A DNA stretch of 53,422 nucleotides from Bacteroidales bacterium (GTDB taxonomy: Bacteria > Bacteroidota > Bacteroidia > Bacteroidales > VadinHA17). A program made the position numbers and the translations under genes. The stretch covers positions 1 to 53,422 of the forward strand of contig JAWOIF010000128.1 in the NCBI GenBank assembly GCA_046484805.1, given 5' to 3'. Shown piece after piece: positions 48,654 to 53,422 of this stretch (positions are counted from its first letter, which is position 1; each line of letters opens with the position of its first letter). The notes beneath the pieces were generated by a model. That model ran no database searches, was not told the origin of the DNA, and saw only the letters and a list, made by a program, of their open reading frames with translations.

Positions 48654-49983
48654 AGACAGGTTCCAGTCTGTTGGCTATCCTTCTGGCTTTGCGGTTAGAA
48701 CGTAACTGCATCTCCCCGATATAGTCATCATAAAGCATGAGCCGGCGTTTTTTCCCGGCCAGACCCCGAACATGATTATATACAAACAAGGGTTTACCAA
48801 CATGCCATGCAGGTTCTCCTGAATCATTTGACCTGCAGATGGTCACCGGTAATACCATTCCCAGACGGTGTGCCGGAGAATACATTGTCGTCGTTAAGTT
48901 ACCAAGTGAATATGCTATTAAAGTCCTGTGAACCGCTGTCCCTGAGTCATCTGCCTTTGCAGGAGTCTCCCAGATCTCGGCGGGCTGAATCACATGAGGG
49001 TGGCTTCCTATAATCATGTCTGCACCTGCCTCAGCCAGCCTCCTGGCCAGCCTGACAATGGCAACATCAGGGTACATTTCGTACTCATAACCCCAGTGCA
49101 TAAATAAAACTTTAAAGTCAACAGAGTCTGAATCCATCTTTGTCAGTATCGAAACTATCTCTGAAATATCTGTCTCTTCTTCATTAAGAGGAGCTATGCC
49201 GGGGAGGATGTTCATTTCCAGTTTCCCATTTTCAATCAGCTCTGGCTTGTTCATGCCCCATCCGGCGGCATAGAAGCCAATACGCAACCCCTTGCTTTCT
49301 GCCACGGCATACCCGGGCACACTGTCACCGGGGAGTGCGGCCCCTGTCGCGATAATACCTTCATTTTGCAGGAACGCATGGGTTCCCGCAAGACCGGCAG
49401 CGCCCCTGTCGAATGCATGATTGTTGGCAAGCGATAATGCCGTGAAAATGTTGCTGCCGTCACTTCTGCGAAATGACCTTATCAGACCAGGGTGTGCATT
49501 GTAGCGAACATAATCGGGGAGAAGGGAAGGCACACCTGAAAGTGTATCAACAGGAGTCTCAAGGTTGCCGAAAAGCATGTCGATAGAGGATAATCTCTCT
49601 GTTAACCTGGCATCAGCAAAGGTGTTCCAACCGTTACGTATCCACATTATGTCTCCTGTAAAAGCAATGGTGACTAACTCTTCGCCTTCAGGGTTTCTCT
49701 TGCTAAGGTTACTGATGAGGTCGGCCTGACTGGCAAAGTGGTTCTTGAGACTGTCAGGAGCACACCAGTTCAGACTGAAATATTTTCTGACGTACTTTAC
49801 TGAAAATGGTAAAGCCTCCTTCAGGCTCAATCCTTCGGGCCTGAAACTATTGCATCGGCTGTTATCCTTTGGCATCATCATCGATGAACATGCTGATACT
49901 AAAATGCCTGCAAGAATAACCAGTGAAATACTAGTTCTACGGTTTATCCGGGTAATAATCCTGTATGGTATCAGGTAATTCAA
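48637..49983 (-). CDS. CapA/PGA_cap family metallophosphoesterase-fold lipoprotein
   Basis: FTGDIM, GNLET, LANNHAFD, HWGYEY, GSHPHV and YSLGN; lipobox VSAC. Start uncertain (TTG 49983 chosen). Confidence 0.85.
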   Translation of the reverse strand: MNYLIPYRIITRINRRTSISLVILAGILVSACSSMMMPKDNSRCNSFRPEGLSLKEALPFSVKYVRKYFSLNWCAPDSLKNHFASQADLISNLSKRNPEGEELVTIAFTGDIMWIRNGWNTFADARLTERLSSIDMLFGNLETPVDTLSGVPSLLPDYVRYNAHPGLIRSFRRSDGSNIFTALSLANNHAFDRGAAGLAGTHAFLQNEGIIATGAALPGDSVPGYAVAESKGLRIGFYAAGWGMNKPELIENGKLEMNILPGIAPLNEEETDISEIVSILTKMDSDSVDFKVLFMHWGYEYEMYPDVAIVRLARRLAEAGADMIIGSHPHVIQPAEIWETPAKADDSGTAVHRTLIAYSLGNLTTTMYSPAHRLGMVLPVTICRSNDSGEPAWHVGKPLFVYNHVRGLAGKKRRLMLYDDYIGEMQLRSNRKARRIANRLEPVFNIAF

Positions 49984-50037
49984 GGCAAACAAAAATAATG
50001 AAACCTTACCAATTTCTGACAGGCGCGAAAAATCTGT

Positions 50038-50045
50038 TAAATTTG
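50038..50045 (+). promoter_or_regulatory. -7 element TAAATTTG for ettA
   Basis: Exact TAnnTTTG upstream of the ettA start. Confidence 0.55.
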
Positions 50046-50065
50046 CCTCATAAATTATGTTTACA

Positions 50066-51751
50066 ATGAGTGAAGACAATAAGATCATTTTCTCGATGCA
50101 CAGGGTCAGCAAGACCTACCCTCCTCACAAACAGGTGATAAAGGATATTTCACTGTCGTTTTTTCTGGGTGCCAAGATTGGCATTATCGGACTGAATGGT
50201 TCAGGAAAATCAACACTCCTGAAAATAATTGCCGGAGAGGACAAGGCATATCATGGAGAGGTGGCATTCACAACGGGCTACACCGCGGGCATTCTGCACC
50301 AGGAACCTCTTATTGACGAAACACGTACTGTTCGTGAGGTTGTTGAAGAGGGAGTGCAGGAGATCGTTGAGGTGATGAAGGAATATGATGATATTAATAA
50401 CCGGTTTGGCGATCCTGAAATCTATGAGAATCCTGATAAGATGCAGGAGCTGATGGACAGGCAGGCTTTATTGCAGGAGCAGATAGACTTTCATGATGGC
50501 TGGAACCTCGAGAACAGGCTTGAGAGGGCGATGGATGCGCTCAGGTGTCCCGAAGGAGAGACGCCTGTGAGCATTCTTTCGGGTGGTGAAAAGAGAAGGG
50601 TCGCACTCTGCAGACTTTTGTTGCGGCAGCCTGACGTTCTTCTGCTTGACGAGCCTACCAACCACCTTGACGCCGAATCGGTTCATTGGCTGGAAACCCA
50701 CCTGCAGCAATATAAGGGAACGGTAATCTGCGTTACGCATGACAGATATTTTCTGGATAATGTGGCAGGATGGATTCTTGAGCTCGACAGGGGAGAGGGA
50801 ATCCCATGGAAGGGCAATTACTCTTCGTGGCTGGAACAAAAGGCGAAGAGACTTGAAATTGAAGAGAAAGGTAACGTCAAAAGGAGAAAAACACTGGAGC
50901 GCGAACTTGATTGGGTGCGTATGGCGCCCAAAGCCCGGCATGCCAAATCGAAAGCTCGTCTGGGAGCATATGAAAACCTGCTGAATCAGGACGTAAAACA
51001 GAAGGAAGAGAGACTCGAACTGGTAATTCCCAACGGTCCGCGACTTGGTGATAAGGTTATTATTGCAGAAAAGGTTACAAAGGCATTCGGAGATAAGCTG
51101 CTGTTCGAAAACCTGTCGTTCGAACTGCCACCTAACGGTATCGTTGGCGTAATAGGCCCTAATGGCGCCGGAAAGACCACTCTGTTCAGAATGATAATGG
51201 AACAGGAAAGCTGTGATTCAGGGTCATTTACTCTTGGAGAGACAGTAGTTCCGGGTTATGTAGACCAGTCTCATGCGGCAATTGATCCTGAAAAGACCGT
51301 TTACCAGGTTATATCGGGCGGACAAGATGAGATAATGCTGGGAAACAGACCGGTTAATGCCAGGGCTTATGCTGCGAGATTCAACTTTACCGGTGCAGAT
51401 CAGGAGAAAAAGTGCGGAGTGCTTTCAGGAGGTGAGCGCAACAGGTTACACCTTGCCCTTACTGTAAAATCAGGTGCCAACGTGCTGCTGCTCGACGAAC
51501 CCACGAATGACATCGATGTAAATACCCTGCGTGCCCTCGAAGAGGGTCTTGAGAATTTTGCCGGCTGCGCTGTAATAATATCGCACGACAGGTGGTTCCT
51601 TGACAGGGTTGCAACACACATAGTGGCTTTTGAGGGTAATTCAAAAGTGGTCTGGTTTGAGGGTTCGTACACCGAATATGAGGGGACCTATATGAAACGC
51701 ACGAACTCCGAGGGCCCGAGACGTATAAAATATCGAAAACTGGTGAAATGA
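50066..51751 (+). CDS. ettA: Energy-dependent translational throttle protein EttA (ABC-F)
   Basis: Two ABC domains (GLNGSGKS, LSGGEKRR, GPNGAGKT, LSGGERNR), GNYSSWLEQK and RHAKSKAR linker. Start 50066 or 50057. Confidence 0.96.
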   Translation: MSEDNKIIFSMHRVSKTYPPHKQVIKDISLSFFLGAKIGIIGLNGSGKSTLLKIIAGEDKAYHGEVAFTTGYTAGILHQEPLIDETRTVREVVEEGVQEIVEVMKEYDDINNRFGDPEIYENPDKMQELMDRQALLQEQIDFHDGWNLENRLERAMDALRCPEGETPVSILSGGEKRRVALCRLLLRQPDVLLLDEPTNHLDAESVHWLETHLQQYKGTVICVTHDRYFLDNVAGWILELDRGEGIPWKGNYSSWLEQKAKRLEIEEKGNVKRRKTLERELDWVRMAPKARHAKSKARLGAYENLLNQDVKQKEERLELVIPNGPRLGDKVIIAEKVTKAFGDKLLFENLSFELPPNGIVGVIGPNGAGKTTLFRMIMEQESCDSGSFTLGETVVPGYVDQSHAAIDPEKTVYQVISGGQDEIMLGNRPVNARAYAARFNFTGADQEKKCGVLSGGERNRLHLALTVKSGANVLLLDEPTNDIDVNTLRALEEGLENFAGCAVIISHDRWFLDRVATHIVAFEGNSKVVWFEGSYTEYEGTYMKRTNSEGPRRIKYRKLVK

Positions 51752-51759
51752 TAAATAAT

Positions 51760-51794
51760 GGTATCCGGTATCGGGTAAACGGTGCCGGGTTCTG
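51760..51794. repeat. Five degenerate 7-bp GGTnnnn units
   Basis: ggtatcc ggtatcg ggtaaac ggtgccg ggttctg. Confidence 0.65.
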
Positions 51795-51819
51795 ACGAGG
51801 GTTATGAAAAGGAGTTTAT

Positions 51820-53229
51820 ATGGATAATTTTGATTTTTCGGCAGGCGATCGGCGTAAAGTCTGGACTTATCTAATCGGGAAGCTTGAGAGGCATTACAGC
51901 GATCCTTCACAGGTGAGGGTAGCTCCGCCGCTTGATCCTGTATTGGTACGCGATTATTGCTCGGTTGACTTCAGCACGCCGGTAAGTCTGCAGGACGCGA
52001 TTGATTATGTTACCGCTGGTCTCGACCAGTTTATAGTTCATACTTCTCACCCGGGCTACTACGGGCTCTTCAATCCGAGACCGGCCTTCGCAGCGATTAT
52101 TGCCGATATCATTACCGCCGTTTATAATCCTCAGTTAGCAGCATGGTCGCACTCTCCCTTTGCCGTTGAGGCTGAAAACTATGTTATCAGGGAGTTTGGA
52201 CGAAAGTTCGGATATGAGCCGGATTCAGTTGATGGCACGTTTACCAATGCCGGAGCCGAGGCAAACCACACTGCCCTGCTAATGGCTCTTACCCGTTTTG
52301 TGCCGCGATTTGCAGAGGACGGATTGCCCGGATCTGATTGCAGGCCGGTAATATATGTTTCACAGGAGAGTCACCACTCTTTTGTGAAGGCAGCCGGACT
52401 ATCAGGTATGGGCCGCAGGAGCGTAAGGAATATTCCAACCGGACAATCATACACGATGGATGTCGGTGCGCTGCGCAAACAGGTAAAGGATGATATTGCT
52501 GATGGTTACCTGCCGGTTATGGTCGTCTCGACACTTGGAACCACGGGGATGGGGGCAATCGATCCGGTGAAGGAAATTGACAGCGTGGCCCGTGAATATA
52601 ATATGTGGCATCATGCAGATGCTGCCTGGGGCGGTGCTGTCGCCTTATCTTCCAGGTACCGGCATCTGGTTGATGGCATGGAACTGGCAGATTCGATAAC
52701 CTTTGATGCGCATAAATGGTTGTCAGTACCTATGGCCGCGGGCATGATAATAACACGGCACCACTCTGCCCTGCTGGAAACGTTCAGAATAACTGCTGAC
52801 TATATGCCTAAGGAGGGAAAGGAGTTTGAGATCGTTGATCCGTTTACACATTCTATACAGTGGTCGAGACGATTTGCCGGACTGAAGCTTTTTATGGCAA
52901 TGCTTATCTATTCGTGGGAAGGATATGAAAAGGTCATTAACAGACAGTTTGAAACCGGTGATCTGCTAAGGAATAAACTTGGGGCAGCAGGCTGGAAGAT
53001 ATACAATAATACAAAATTGCCGATAGTGAATTTCGGATTGGCAGACCTTGAAGGCAATCCGGAGAAGGCAGCCCGTTTCTGCCGCAGGGTTACCGACACC
53101 GGAAAAGTCTGGATATCGGTATACAATACATGCGGTATAAGCACCCTCAGGGCATGCATAACCAATTACAACACCAAAGAAAAAGACCTTAATATTCTGA
53201 TTCACACTCTTAGCCAGGAACGGGTATAG
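51820..53229 (+). CDS. Second group II PLP-dependent decarboxylase
   Basis: HPGYYGLFNP, ESHHSF, HADAAWGG, PLP-Lys DAHKW and SIQWSRRF. Confidence 0.9.
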   Translation: MDNFDFSAGDRRKVWTYLIGKLERHYSDPSQVRVAPPLDPVLVRDYCSVDFSTPVSLQDAIDYVTAGLDQFIVHTSHPGYYGLFNPRPAFAAIIADIITAVYNPQLAAWSHSPFAVEAENYVIREFGRKFGYEPDSVDGTFTNAGAEANHTALLMALTRFVPRFAEDGLPGSDCRPVIYVSQESHHSFVKAAGLSGMGRRSVRNIPTGQSYTMDVGALRKQVKDDIADGYLPVMVVSTLGTTGMGAIDPVKEIDSVAREYNMWHHADAAWGGAVALSSRYRHLVDGMELADSITFDAHKWLSVPMAAGMIITRHHSALLETFRITADYMPKEGKEFEIVDPFTHSIQWSRRFAGLKLFMAMLIYSWEGYEKVINRQFETGDLLRNKLGAAGWKIYNNTKLPIVNFGLADLEGNPEKAARFCRRVTDTGKVWISVYNTCGISTLRACITNYNTKEKDLNILIHTLSQERV

Positions 53230-53300
53230 CCATTAGCCGTTGCCCGGTATCCGGTATCCGAAACCCAAACCAAAACCATCCACCCTGAACCATGCACCCC
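53230..53300. repeat. Degenerate 6-7-bp periodic tract
   Basis: ccattag ccgttgc ccggtat ccggtat ccgaaac ... catccac cctgaac catgcac. Confidence 0.65.
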
Positions 53301-53301
53301 G

Positions 53302-53422
53302 TTTACGCCTTATACGCCTTATACGCCCTTTACGCCTAATACGCCCTTTACGCCCTTATACGCCCTTTACGCCCTTATACGCCCTTTACACCCTTATACG
53401 CCCTTATACGCCCTTTACGCCT
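53302..53422. repeat. Tandem repeat of 13 mostly 9-10-bp units with core TACGCC, running off the window end
   Basis: Alternating CTTTACGCC and (C)TTATACGCC units, with no spacers. Confidence 0.92.

Noticed and set aside
48637-49983. Poly-gamma-glutamate capsule locus
   Set aside because: Only a stand-alone CapA-domain gene is present, with no capB/capC neighbours.
53302-53422. CRISPR array or telomere
   Set aside because: Units are 9-10 bp with no unique spacers and no cas genes, and nothing indicates a linear replicon.

Overview
This is a gene-dense chromosomal segment of a Bacteroidota bacterium, most likely an anaerobic, peptide-degrading Bacteroidales. The assignment rests on the many TAnnTTTG -7 promoter elements, the yceD-rpmF-plsX-fabH cluster and the Bacteroidota-style split atp operon. 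The window holds about 47 CDS. These include tRNA modification genes (mnmH/selU, a U32 hydroxylase), an ECF sigma/anti-sigma/beta-barrel operon, a LiaF-LiaF-LytS-LytTR operon and the F1Fo ATP synthase in two blocks. It also carries three M14 carboxypeptidases, two group II PLP decarboxylases, a peptidase-propeller-Omp85-like protein, a DUF2723/TMEM260-like GT-C enzyme, a YfiR-coiled-coil-PP2C sensor and ettA. I found no rRNA, tRNA, CRISPR array, transposase or integrase. The first ~80 bp appear chimeric (high GC, GlgB-like), and the window ends in a 9-10-mer tandem repeat. The best leads are: (1) a YfiR-PP2C sensor with an 18-heptad periplasmic stalk, next to two small paralogous 4-Cys lipoproteins and a lone receiver protein; (2) DUF2723 as a candidate initiating enzyme of Bacteroidota protein O-glycosylation; (3) a probably inactive GH16 domain on a repeat stalk; (4) regulatory motifs readable directly from the DNA (duplicated ECF promoter, LytTR direct repeat, sigma-54 promoter); (5) 7-bp-period tracts next to accessory genes. 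All calls come from manual motif reading; no database search was run.
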